Source: Nitrospirota bacterium (GTDB lineage Bacteria; Nitrospirota; Thermodesulfovibrionia; Thermodesulfovibrionales; JdFR-85). From it: a stretch of DNA of 40,014 bases. The notes below the pieces were generated by a model that was not told the DNA's origin, did no database searches, and saw nothing but the letters and a program-made list of their open reading frames with translations. The stretch spans positions 1 through 40,014 of the forward strand of contig JAADGU010000012.1 in the NCBI GenBank assembly GCA_013152195.1, written 5' to 3'. Made by a program: the position numbers and the translations under genes. This document shows, piece by piece, positions 1 through 9,164 of this stretch (the stretch's first letter is position 1; the number at the start of each line of letters is the position of its first letter).

Positions 1-468
1 ATCCCCTGAGTAGAACTCCCTGCCGTCTTTCTTGTCAGCCACCATGAGGACGCCGATGATTTGTTTTTTGCCGTTCAGCGGGGTGATGAGAAGTGAGTTG
101 CATTTGACCTTGTCCAGTTTTTCTTCGTGGGTATTGTGGTTACATACAGCAATTGCCTTGTTTGAACGAATCGCTCTCCACAGAATATTGTTCCCTTTTT
201 TGAATGTCGTGTCCTCATCCCAGTTGCCGATATATGCCTGTGTATATAATTCTCCGGAATCTTTATCCAGGAACAGTACAACGGCGGTTCGAACACTTAG
301 AGATGATACGGCCTTTTTTAAAAGCAGATAACAGATTCCATCGACACCGAGACCGGTGAATTCTTCGGAGAGTCTGTAGAGGAGGGATAATTCCTCGTAT
401 GTATCGCTTAATTCGGTTACCGTGGCTTTCAGGTCTTCTTTAAGCCTATTTGTTTCCAAGTTGCTCAA
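1..468 (-). CDS. GAF-domain protein, N-terminal part only (gene runs off the left edge); possibly the sensor half of a GAF-PP2C/SpoIIE-type phosphatase
   Basis: Absent from the ORF track because it has no stop in the window. The reverse frame ending at base 1 is open below a TAA at 508-510. It reads LKEDLKATVTELSDTYEELSLLYRLSEEFTGLGVDGICYLLLKKAVSSLSVRTAVVLFLDKDSGELYTQAYIGNWDED...NSLLITPLNGKKQIIGVLMVADKKDGREFYSGD, a coiled-coil lead-in followed by a GAF-like pattern. Only TTG starts are available: 466-468 (GGAG upstream) or 457-459. Both overlap the stop of the receiver gene. Confidence 0.6.
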   Translation of the reverse strand, partial: MSNLETNRLKEDLKATVTELSDTYEELSLLYRLSEEFTGLGVDGICYLLLKKAVSSLSVRTAVVLFLDKDSGELYTQAYIGNWDEDTTFKKGNNILWRAIRSNKAIAVCNHNTHEEKLDKVKCNSLLITPLNGKKQIIGVLMVADKKDGREFYSGD

Positions 469-817
469 GTACCAACTCCAGCAGGATTCGGGGGCTGAAA
501 GGTTTTGTTATGTAGCGGTCAACTCCGCATTTGATTCCCAGCTTTTCATCATCCTCCTGTCCCTTAGCCGTTAACATGAATACCGGTATGTTTGCAAGGT
601 CAGGGTCGGTCTTTATTGTTTTGCAGATGTTTATTCCACTGATCTCCGGCATCATCCAGTCAAGGATGATCAGGTCAGGCATCTCCCTTCGTATTACATC
701 AACAGCGCCTTTGCTCTCTCTGAGAGTAACAACCTCAAGCCCTCCACGTCTCAGCTTGTCCTCGATCATCATCAATATAAAGGGTTCATCATCGATTACC
801 ATCACTTTAGGCATCAT
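446..817 (-). CDS. stand-alone response regulator receiver (CheY-like)
   Basis: 123 aa. Has the acidic pocket VIDDEP, the phospho-acceptor Asp in LIILDWMMPE, then LTAKG and KPF. No output domain. Overlaps the kinase gene by 11 nt. Confidence 0.9.
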   Translation of the reverse strand: MMPKVMVIDDEPFILMMIEDKLRRGGLEVVTLRESKGAVDVIRREMPDLIILDWMMPEISGINICKTIKTDPDLANIPVFMLTAKGQEDDEKLGIKCGVDRYITKPFSPRILLELVLEQLGNK

Positions 818-3800
818 TTAATCTCCTGTAAGGCAGGGTGACAATAACGGTTGTTCCTTTGGTTAATCTGCTCTTGATATCAATACGTCCGTGGTGTATC
901 CGTACGATATCTTTGCACAAGGCAAGCCCGAGCCCGGTACCTTTGGTCCTTTCTCCGTGTGTCCCCCTGTAAAAGCGTTTACTCAGGTTCGCCATGTCGT
1001 TTTCGGGAATCCCCCAACCCGTGTCAGATACTTCCAGTATAACATATTTATCTGAATATCTTACCCTCAGGTTAATATAACAGCCAGGGTCAGAATACTT
1101 TATGGCATTGTCAAGGAGATTGAGAAGGAGTTGCCTTAATTTCTCCCTGTCACCATAGAATTCCTGTCTTTCAGTGTCTATCTCGGTAAACAGGGAAATA
1201 TTCTTTTTTGTGACAGGGGCATCAAGAACGCTTTTTACAGATTCAATAAGTTCGGAAAAGTCTATGTTGCTAAGTTTTATGGTTTCCTTTCCGCTTTCAA
1301 TTTTTGAGATGCTCAGAAGTTCGGAAACCATTTCAGAGAGTCTCATTCCCTCTTCATAAATGGTCAGAAGGTATTTCCGGGCCCGTTCGCTCTCAATATC
1401 TCCATCAATGAGCATTTCAGTTAATCCAACGATTGCCGACAGGGGGGTCCTGAACTCATGGGAGACAGAACGGATAATATCTGTTTTCATCCTGTCTATC
1501 TCTCTTTCACTGGTAACATCCCTGAAGACCTGTACTGCACCGCAAATCCTGTTAGCAGAATCCATGAGAGGAAGTGAGCTTACATGAATTACCTCTCCTT
1601 TTCCTTTTTGCTGAATAAACTCTGCAGATGCCTTTTCTCCCTTGAGAGACTTTACTATAGGGCAGGCATCCCCTTCTGCAGGCGCATTGAATATCTCTGA
1701 GTAGTTCCTTCCGACAAGATTGTTGGCCTGTATCCCCAGAATTCTTTCAGCGGAACGGTTTGCTGATACAATCACTCCTTTGGTATCTACAGTACAGACA
1801 CCTTCTGACATGGTGTTCAGGATCGCTTCAGCCAGACCACGATCGATTCTTCTCTTTTCATAAAGCTGGCTCCTCTCAAGTGCTACTCCAAAAATGCTTG
1901 AAATAATGCGGAGAAAATGTATTTCGTCATCACGGTACCCCCGTGACGTCCTGGCCATGGCAGTAAAGACTCCAAGGACGTTTTCTCCAACTATTACAGG
2001 CATTGACAGTATAGATCTCAGGCCCATGCTCTTGAGTTCTTCAAAGAGGAAACGCGCATCTGTATTTATGTCGTGAATATTTATGTATGTGCCTTTGGCA
2101 GCAGCATAAGTTTCTGTTGAAGGCTCATCCATTTTAAGGGTGTCTGTTTGTGGTTGCATCCCGTCAGAATATCTGAGGGCAAGTGTGTTGCTGTCTCTTT
2201 TTTCCCAGAATAATATCGCATCAGCGGCGAGGAATTCCTTTATCAGAGAGGATGTACAATGGATAACCTCATCCATATCTCTTGCAGATGTGAGTTTCGA
2301 GGATAACTCAAGAAGGTCCCTCTGTTCCTGGAGACGACGGCTTTTCTGTATCTCAAACATTTCTTTCATCTCATCGTAGAGCCTGGTGTTCTCAAGTGCC
2401 AGCCCGGTCATTTCACCAACAGCTTCCAGTAACCGCTCTTCTTCAATGGTAAAGAAGTGCTCCTTAAACTTAAAGAGACAATATACACCGAGCACGCGTT
2501 CCTTCCCTTTTACCGGGACGCAACAGTAGCCCTTTATCTTGGTATCCTTAAACAGGGATTTGGAAATTCTGTTGTCAGAGCTCAGGTTTGATGATGTCAT
2601 TACCTCACCTGTAACAGCAACTCTTCCAGGTATATCATCACCAAGTTTTATCCTGATAGCCGTTGAAGTACATTGTTCACTAACTCCCCTGTGGCAGGAA
2701 CATCTAAGCGTGCGGCTCTTATCATCAATAAGGAATACACAACCCCCGTCCATATCAAGAGCCTCCATGAGCCTGTCAAGCACACTCGAGAAAATCTCCT
2801 CTGCCTTTATGGATTGATTTATGATAGAGGCTATGGAATTCAGGAGGATGAGTTCCCTGTTTCTCCTGCTAATCTCATCCATGTGTCTCACACGCTCTGT
2901 TACGTCTCTCATGATCTCGAGTGCCTCAACGACCTTGCCTTCAGAGTTCCTGATGGGGGAGGCTATGACTTCAACATAGCACTTGTTTCCACCCTCGTCA
3001 TAATGCTCATGTATGGTCCTCCAGGTTCCACCATTGGTAAAGACCCCCTGAATGGGACAGTCCTCACCTTCCATCCAGCAGGGCCTGGAAGAATTATGAG
3101 TGATTTCATGACATTTTTTTTCGGTAATATTATTGCCATACCTGGTACGGGCGGCAACATTGGCCTTCAGTATCCTGTAGTCGTTATTAATAATCAGTAT
3201 CGAGTCTTCAATACTGTTCATTATTGTCTCAAGGTAGTCTCTTGATTCCTTAAGTTCCTTCACCAGCTTGGCCTGCTCCCGGAAGTCCTTTATAATCCCT
3301 ATCTTGCCGACAACCTCGCCATCCCTGACTATGGGAGCCCCGGTTATAAGCACGGGTATCTGAGAGCCATCTTGGGCAGTTATATTGATCTCATAGGTGG
3401 AGTGCTCTCCCCTGTGTCTCTTCAAGTCGAGTTCTTTCTTCATTACCATTGCATTCTCTGTGTCGAAGAAATCATATATTGATGATCCGACAACCTGGCT
3501 GCGTTCATAACCAAAGATTTTTGTAAAGGCCGGGTTGATGTCAATTACTATATCGTTAGTGTCAACTACCCACAGTGCATCCATCATTGTCTTGACATAG
3601 GTGTCCTTGTTTTGTAATTCTTCGGTCTTGGCCCTGAGATTGGTTAACATTTCATTGAATATCATGGTAACCTCGCCGAGTTCATCTGCTGAGAAGACAG
3701 GTATTTCTGTGTCAAGATTTCCACCTTTTACAGCTTCTGCACCATTATAAAGGGCCTTGACGGGTTTAAGAAACCTCCTTGAAAAAAAGATGGAAAGTAT

Positions 3801-4037
3801 AAAGGCAAGAAAAAAGGCATAAAAGGATATGCTCATAAGGTGCGTGAATATCTCTTTAAAAAATTTATCCTCAATAGCACGGGCATCGTTGAGCTTGCCT
3901 TTTTCTATAAGAACCTCCAGGTTTGTGAACATCCCTTTCATATCTTTACGTAGTGAAAAGGAAAGGGGCAGTATGAGGGCAATTGAGAAGATGAGAAAGG
4001 TTATGAGGAACTTATATATGAGCTTTGTCTTAAACAT
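807..4037 (-). CDS. multi-domain sensor histidine kinase (TM-HAMP-PAS-PAS-GAF-GAF-PAS-HisKA-HATPase)
   Basis: 1076 aa. N-terminal TM segments plus a HAMP-like linker (ADELGEVTMIFNEM). H-box SHEFRTPLSAI, N-box LLDNAIKYS, G1 DTGWGIP, G2 GTGLGLALC. The ATG overlaps the upstream stop (TAATG). Confidence 0.92.
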   Translation of the reverse strand: MFKTKLIYKFLITFLIFSIALILPLSFSLRKDMKGMFTNLEVLIEKGKLNDARAIEDKFFKEIFTHLMSISFYAFFLAFILSIFFSRRFLKPVKALYNGAEAVKGGNLDTEIPVFSADELGEVTMIFNEMLTNLRAKTEELQNKDTYVKTMMDALWVVDTNDIVIDINPAFTKIFGYERSQVVGSSIYDFFDTENAMVMKKELDLKRHRGEHSTYEINITAQDGSQIPVLITGAPIVRDGEVVGKIGIIKDFREQAKLVKELKESRDYLETIMNSIEDSILIINNDYRILKANVAARTRYGNNITEKKCHEITHNSSRPCWMEGEDCPIQGVFTNGGTWRTIHEHYDEGGNKCYVEVIASPIRNSEGKVVEALEIMRDVTERVRHMDEISRRNRELILLNSIASIINQSIKAEEIFSSVLDRLMEALDMDGGCVFLIDDKSRTLRCSCHRGVSEQCTSTAIRIKLGDDIPGRVAVTGEVMTSSNLSSDNRISKSLFKDTKIKGYCCVPVKGKERVLGVYCLFKFKEHFFTIEEERLLEAVGEMTGLALENTRLYDEMKEMFEIQKSRRLQEQRDLLELSSKLTSARDMDEVIHCTSSLIKEFLAADAILFWEKRDSNTLALRYSDGMQPQTDTLKMDEPSTETYAAAKGTYINIHDINTDARFLFEELKSMGLRSILSMPVIVGENVLGVFTAMARTSRGYRDDEIHFLRIISSIFGVALERSQLYEKRRIDRGLAEAILNTMSEGVCTVDTKGVIVSANRSAERILGIQANNLVGRNYSEIFNAPAEGDACPIVKSLKGEKASAEFIQQKGKGEVIHVSSLPLMDSANRICGAVQVFRDVTSEREIDRMKTDIIRSVSHEFRTPLSAIVGLTEMLIDGDIESERARKYLLTIYEEGMRLSEMVSELLSISKIESGKETIKLSNIDFSELIESVKSVLDAPVTKKNISLFTEIDTERQEFYGDREKLRQLLLNLLDNAIKYSDPGCYINLRVRYSDKYVILEVSDTGWGIPENDMANLSKRFYRGTHGERTKGTGLGLALCKDIVRIHHGRIDIKSRLTKGTTVIVTLPYRRLNDA

Positions 4038-4993
4038 TATATTAGGTAGAAGAGGAGGAATTGGGCTGTTAGAATGATTATGATCGATAGCACCACGATT
4101 ATGAGAGGTTTAATCCCTTCTTCTGTAATAGATTCGAAATCAACCGACAGGCCGATTGCGGCCAGTGCGGTAGCGAGGGAAAAACGGCTGATGGGTGCAG
4201 AGATATCAGATAGCCAGCCGAGCTTGAAGATGTTTACCGTAATAGCAAGGAGAACAAAAACAACTATAAACCACGGGATATAGATGCGCCTGTCTTTTTT
4301 TCTGGAAAGAAAGACGGTCAGAGTCACAAGGAAGATGAGGAAGGACATCCTGAGGAGTTTATACTTAAGGGCTATTGCTATACTTTCGGTTCCGTATGCG
4401 GATGCTGCTACCTTTATCTGTCCGATCATCGGCAGTGTTGTGCCGGTAATAAAGGTAAATTCCTTTACCCCTACGTCAAAGAAGTTTGCAAATATAGGAT
4501 AGGCTATCATTCCAAAGAGACCGTAGATCATCACAACAATCAGAGAGATGGAAGTCTCTTCACTGTCTGATTCTATCAGGGGAGAGACAATTGCAATTGC
4601 TGATGCCCCGCAGATTGACATGCCCGTGGCAAGTAGTATACGGATATTTTTTCTTAGCCCAAACCATTTTGCTATGAAGTAGACAAGGCTGAACATTGAA
4701 ATAAAGGTGAGAAAAACCAGGGGGGTCATGGCAGGGTCGATATCCCTTATTGAAAGCTGTGTGCCGTATAGGGCTATTCCAACAGGGAGGAATATCTTGA
4801 TTGCGATATTAATGCCGTCATTCAGAAAGTTCCTATCCTCCAGGATGTTGGAGAATAACATTCCAAGGATTATCGAGATTGCCAGGGCATCAAAAGTGGG
4901 ATGAATATAGGAGAGAATGAAGGCAATAACAGCAATAACGAGAGATATTGTCAGACCAGACACTTTCTTTACCATTACCCTTAAACTTACCAT
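4037..4993 (-). CDS. YeiH/UPF0324-family integral membrane protein (putative sulfate-exporter-type transporter)
   Basis: 318 aa and polytopic. The motif LATGMSICGASAIAIVSP matches the G-x-SICG-x-SAI signature I associate with UPF0324. Confidence 0.7.
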   Translation of the reverse strand: MVSLRVMVKKVSGLTISLVIAVIAFILSYIHPTFDALAISIILGMLFSNILEDRNFLNDGINIAIKIFLPVGIALYGTQLSIRDIDPAMTPLVFLTFISMFSLVYFIAKWFGLRKNIRILLATGMSICGASAIAIVSPLIESDSEETSISLIVVMIYGLFGMIAYPIFANFFDVGVKEFTFITGTTLPMIGQIKVAASAYGTESIAIALKYKLLRMSFLIFLVTLTVFLSRKKDRRIYIPWFIVVFVLLAITVNIFKLGWLSDISAPISRFSLATALAAIGLSVDFESITEEGIKPLIIVVLSIIIILTAQFLLFYLI

Positions 4994-5118
4994 AAAGGAT
5001 CTTTTTTTTCAAGCTGACACCGGCAGTGACTCGCCGGTGCCTGTCTCCCTTTTCCGATAGTCCCGTTTTGCCTTGAAGATCAGCAGTAGCCGGAGCCCCA
5101 AATGAGTTATAATATCAG

Positions 5119-6880
5119 ATGCTAAGAGGGTTAATTGTTATAGGGCTTTTGGGTATTCTGGCGGGTGTTTTTTCAGGAGTAGTCTTTCGGAGTCTCTCTG
5201 ACCTGCCAAGTATTGAGGCCCTTGAGGAATATAACCCTAGTGAGGCATCAAAAGTCTATTCCGCTGCTGGTGACGTTATTGCCGAGTATTATGTTGAGAG
5301 GCGTACCTTTGTTCCGTTTTACAGAATACCGGGGTATGTGAAGAACGCATTTGTGGCGATCGAGGACGAGAGGTTTTACAGGCATCATGGTATTGATTTG
5401 ATCGGTATAGCAAGGGCCCTGCTTTATGATATCAAGGCACGCAGGATTGTTCAGGGTGGCAGCACTATAACGCAACAGCTTGCAAAACTGCTCTTTCTCA
5501 AGCCCGAGAGGAATATTTCAAGGAAGATAAAGGAGGCGGCATTATCCATACAGATTGAGAAGAGATATACAAAGGACGAAATCATAGGACTCTATCTGAA
5601 CCAGGCATATTTTGGAACCAAGGCATACGGAATCGAGGCAGCATCCCATACCTATTTTAATAAATCCACAGAAGAGCTGACGCTTTCAGAGGCTGCACTT
5701 CTGGCGGCCCTCCCGCGGGCTCCTTCATATTACTCTCCCTTTAAAAACCCTGAAGAGGCACTGAAGAGACGCAATCTTGTCCTTGGGAAGATGCTGAAAC
5801 TCGGATATATCACTGAGGAGGAGTATGATAAGGCTATAAAAGAAACACTGCCCATCAAGGTTCACAGGAGACGTTACAAGGCCCCGTATTTCATTGAGTA
5901 CCTGAGGGATATACTTGAAGGCAGATATTCGGACAGTCTCTACACGGCCGGATTGAGGATATATTCAACCCTTGACATGCATATGCAGGAGGTTGCAGAG
6001 AAAGCCGTAACCAATGGTGTGCAGAAACTTGACAAGAGGATTGACCCCGGTGTGCAGGCTGCCCTGCTTGCCGTGGACCTGGAGACAGGAGAGGTCAAGG
6101 CCTTGGTGGGGGGGACAGACTTCTGGCAGACACAGTTCAACAGGGCAACTCAGGCATTAAGACAACCCGGTTCTGCATTCAAGCCGTTTGTATATCTGGC
6201 AGCTCTGGAGAAGGGTTTTATCCCTGAAGACACGATTATGGATGCTGAAGTGGGTTATCCCACCCCGGATAACAAGGATGTCTGGTCTCCGCGGAATTAT
6301 GAAAAGCAATACAATGGCGAGGTAACACTCAGGTATGCACTCGCACACAGTCTGAACTCTGCAACGGTATGTCTTGCCGATACGATAGGGATTGGAAATG
6401 TTGTCAGGACAGCAAAGGAGGTAGGAATACGCCGTAAGGTCAAACCCTACCTTTCATCGGCAATCGGGGCATCAGAGGCGACACTTATGGATATGGTCTA
6501 TGGGTATGCAACACTTGCGCAGGGGTACAGGCTGAAACCACTAAGACAGGGTTACCGATCGTGACGGGTTGACCCTGGAGGAGAATTACCCGGGGGCTGA
6601 CAGGGTTATTGATGAAGCAGTGGTGGATGAGATCCGGGATATGCTCCGCTCTGTCATACTTCAGGGTACCGGAAGAATGGCCAGGGTAATCAAACGGCCT
6701 GTTTATGGAAAGACAGGTACTACCAATGACTACACGGATGCATGGTTTGTTGGTTTTGATGACAGGCTGGCCGTGGGAGTATGGGTTGGAAGGGATGACC
6801 ATACCCCTATCGGTGACAAGGAGACAGGGGCAAGGGCAGCCCTTCCGATATGGATAGAGTTTATGAAGAACTACCGCTGA
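5119..6880 (+). pseudogene. class A penicillin-binding protein (transglycosylase/transpeptidase, PBP1A type) interrupted by one frameshift
   Basis: ORF 5119-6564 carries an N-terminal TM anchor, the GT51 motifs EDERFYRHHGID and RIVQGGSTITQQLAK, and the transpeptidase motifs SxxK (GSAFKPF) and SxN (SLNS). The KTG motif (GKTGTTND) lies in ORF 6569-6880 in the +1 frame. The frames can only be joined between 6545 and 6561. Confidence 0.85.
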
Positions 6881-6884
6881 CCCG

Positions 6885-7733
6885 TTAGTTCTTTTCAGAT
6901 TTCTGGTTTGTCGGCCCCCTGAATCTCGGTATTGGCAGGTATTCAACCGAAGGTTGCTGTCTTACGGGCTGCGGATAGAGGCTCATTAACTGGTAGAACT
7001 CTGGGGGGATATTGTTGCTCACATTAAGGCCGAGTGTTTTTGCCTCTTCATAAGTGATGGGGTAATCATGTGTCCACCTGCCTTCTGAAAGGATTGTTGC
7101 AAGTTCTTCGGCCTTGTCAGGAGGATACTTTCCTTCAAGGAGTGAATTGACCTGTTTCTTCAACTGTGCCATCGCCTTTTTCCCGATATCTGCAAGCAGC
7201 CAGGTCCTGTCATCAACCTCTGTGAGAGGTTTTGTCTCAACCAGTTTAACGAGAGATGCTGCAGGATACTCGCCAATCTGGGGGTCAACAGGGCCAAGGA
7301 CTGCATGCTCTCCCATAACTATCTCGTCAGCAGAGAGGGCGATAAGAGTGCCTCCGGACATTGCATAGTGGGGTACAAATACCGTTACCTTTCCACGATG
7401 CCTTTTTATTGCATGTGCAATCTGGTAGGATGCAAGCACAAGTCCTCCGGGTGTATGAAGTACCAGGTCGAGGGGCATCTCGGGGTCAGTCATATGGATG
7501 GCCCTTATCACCTCCTCGGAGTCATTGATGTTGATGTATCTGAAGATGGGAAATCCAAGGAGGCTCATTGTCTCCTGCCTGTGTGCAAGCAGGATTACCC
7601 TTGAAGTGCGTTTCTTCTCGATTTTGGCAATAAGCTTCTGTCTCGATGCCTCAAGGAGCCGCTGTTTAAGGACAGGCTGAAGTGCGGTAAGCATAAAGAA
7701 GAGCCAGAATATGCTGAATATGTCGACGTTCAT
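6885..7733 (-). CDS. membrane-anchored Clp-fold serine protease (SDH / serine dehydrogenase proteinase family)
   Basis: 282 aa. N-terminal TM segment, then ...LVLHTPGGLV...HYAMSGGTLIALSADEIVM..., the pattern I recall for the SDH family of ClpP/SppA-like proteases. Confidence 0.65.
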   Translation of the reverse strand: MNVDIFSIFWLFFMLTALQPVLKQRLLEASRQKLIAKIEKKRTSRVILLAHRQETMSLLGFPIFRYININDSEEVIRAIHMTDPEMPLDLVLHTPGGLVLASYQIAHAIKRHRGKVTVFVPHYAMSGGTLIALSADEIVMGEHAVLGPVDPQIGEYPAASLVKLVETKPLTEVDDRTWLLADIGKKAMAQLKKQVNSLLEGKYPPDKAEELATILSEGRWTHDYPITYEEAKTLGLNVSNNIPPEFYQLMSLYPQPVRQQPSVEYLPIPRFRGPTNQKSEKN

Positions 7734-7752
7734 ATAACCTCCTTTGGGTCTT

Positions 7753-8481
7753 CTATTTATAGAGATTGGAATATATCTCGTCAGGGAAATACCTGCGATA
7801 GGATTGTTTTTTCTTCCTGAAGACGGGCAACAGCACTATGCCTGCAATAAACCCCCCGATATGCGCCCACCACGCTATTCCGCCGCCGGCTTCAGGTGTA
7901 AGCAGGGAGAATGTGCCTGAAAATACCTGTGATGCGAACCAGACACCGAGATACAGGAAGGCCGGTATCTCGATGAAGAACGGCAGAAAGAAGATCGGTA
8001 TCAGCGTAATAACCCGTGCAGTGGGAAACATTACAAGGTAAGCCCCCATTACACCTGCAATTGCACCTGAGGCGCCAATAGCCGGAACGGTTGAGTGCAT
8101 ATCAAAGATAAAGTATGTAATGCTGGCTGCAATACCTGAGAGCAGATAGAATACAAGGAATCTGCCATGGCCCATTCTGTCCTCTACGTTATCGCCAAAG
8201 AGATAGAGCATCCACATGTTACCTATAATATGTATCCAACCACCGTGGAGGAACATGTTTGTTATAAAGGGCCAGTAATCGTCGAGAGGGAGGCCAAACA
8301 GGACTGCCCAGTCCGGGTGGGAATACCTTGCAGGTACTACGCCGAAGAGATAGAATAGTTGCTTGAGGCTGTCTTCTGGAAGGGATATTTCGAAAAGAAA
8401 GACCACGCCGTTTATCAGGATTATCATCCATGTAATATACGGGAAATCCCTGCGCGGTACTGTATCCTTAACCGGAAACAT
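7753..8481 (-). CDS. rhomboid-family intramembrane serine protease
   Basis: 242 aa and multi-TM. Has HGGWIHIIGNMWMLYLFG, the catalytic GASGAIAGVMGAY, and a downstream His in WWAHIGGF. Confidence 0.9.
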   Translation of the reverse strand: MFPVKDTVPRRDFPYITWMIILINGVVFLFEISLPEDSLKQLFYLFGVVPARYSHPDWAVLFGLPLDDYWPFITNMFLHGGWIHIIGNMWMLYLFGDNVEDRMGHGRFLVFYLLSGIAASITYFIFDMHSTVPAIGASGAIAGVMGAYLVMFPTARVITLIPIFFLPFFIEIPAFLYLGVWFASQVFSGTFSLLTPEAGGGIAWWAHIGGFIAGIVLLPVFRKKKQSYRRYFPDEIYSNLYK

Positions 8482-8600
8482 AAAACCCTGACAACCCCCT
8501 GTTCAATGATGCTGGAAATGGATACGGCAATGGCTTTTTAATTATTTATAAATGGCTTTTCAATTTATGATATAAGTATAATATATTTTAACAACAAACG

Positions 8601-9164
8601 GTGAATTTTTCAGGCTGCCGGCCAGGGAGGTTTAAAATATCCCACTTGATTATTGATGGATATAATCTCATCGGAATACAGCACAGGGATCTCGAGTCCG
8701 AGAGGAACGGACTCGTCAAAAGGCTGATTAGATACAGGGGTGTTCTGGGGCATGATATAACCGTAGTCTTTGATGGTCATGGCGGCGTTTCATCAAGGGA
8801 GACGGTAAGGGTCGATGGCGGCGTCAGGATAATATTTTCGAGGATAGCGAAGAAGGCTGATGATGTGATAAAGGAGATGCTTGTCAGGGAGAAGAAGTTC
8901 TTTATTGTGGTCAGCTCGGACAGGGAGGTGGCTGATTTTGCCTGGGCTCAGGGGTCTGTGCCGGTTGGTTCCGCTGATTTCCTCGGAAAGCTCAGCCGTG
9001 CGTTAAGAGAGAAAGAATTTGCAGGTGATGAGGATATGATGGATGAATTAACAGAGAAGATGCTTGGTGATGAAGAAGATGATGAGTGGTCAGTCAGGAA
9101 GGGCTCTTCACACAGACTCTCAAAACGTCAGAAGGCCGTAACGAGGGCCTTGAACAAGTTATAA
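8601..9164 (+). CDS. YacP/Rae1-like NYN-domain (PIN-like) ribonuclease family protein
   Basis: IIDGYNLIG, ITVVFDG and VVSSDREV blocks with an acidic C-terminal tail. The start is uncertain: GTG 8601 has no SD, and TTG 8646 is the alternative. Confidence 0.7.
   Translation: MNFSGCRPGRFKISHLIIDGYNLIGIQHRDLESERNGLVKRLIRYRGVLGHDITVVFDGHGGVSSRETVRVDGGVRIIFSRIAKKADDVIKEMLVREKKFFIVVSSDREVADFAWAQGSVPVGSADFLGKLSRALREKEFAGDEDMMDELTEKMLGDEEDDEWSVRKGSSHRLSKRQKAVTRALNKL

Noticed and set aside
32-331. 99-aa plus ORF and 73-aa minus ORF (75-296) at the left edge
   Set aside because: A third frame on the minus strand, open to base 1, gives a convincing GAF-domain sequence. The two listed ORFs are out-of-frame shadows of it.
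2673-3245. 190-aa plus-strand ORF
   Set aside because: It is antisense to the histidine kinase PAS region. No motif and no SD.
6485-6946. 153-aa minus-strand ORF spanning the PBP frameshift region
   Set aside because: It is antisense to the PBP transpeptidase module (KTG motif opposite) and would overlap the SDH protease 3' end.
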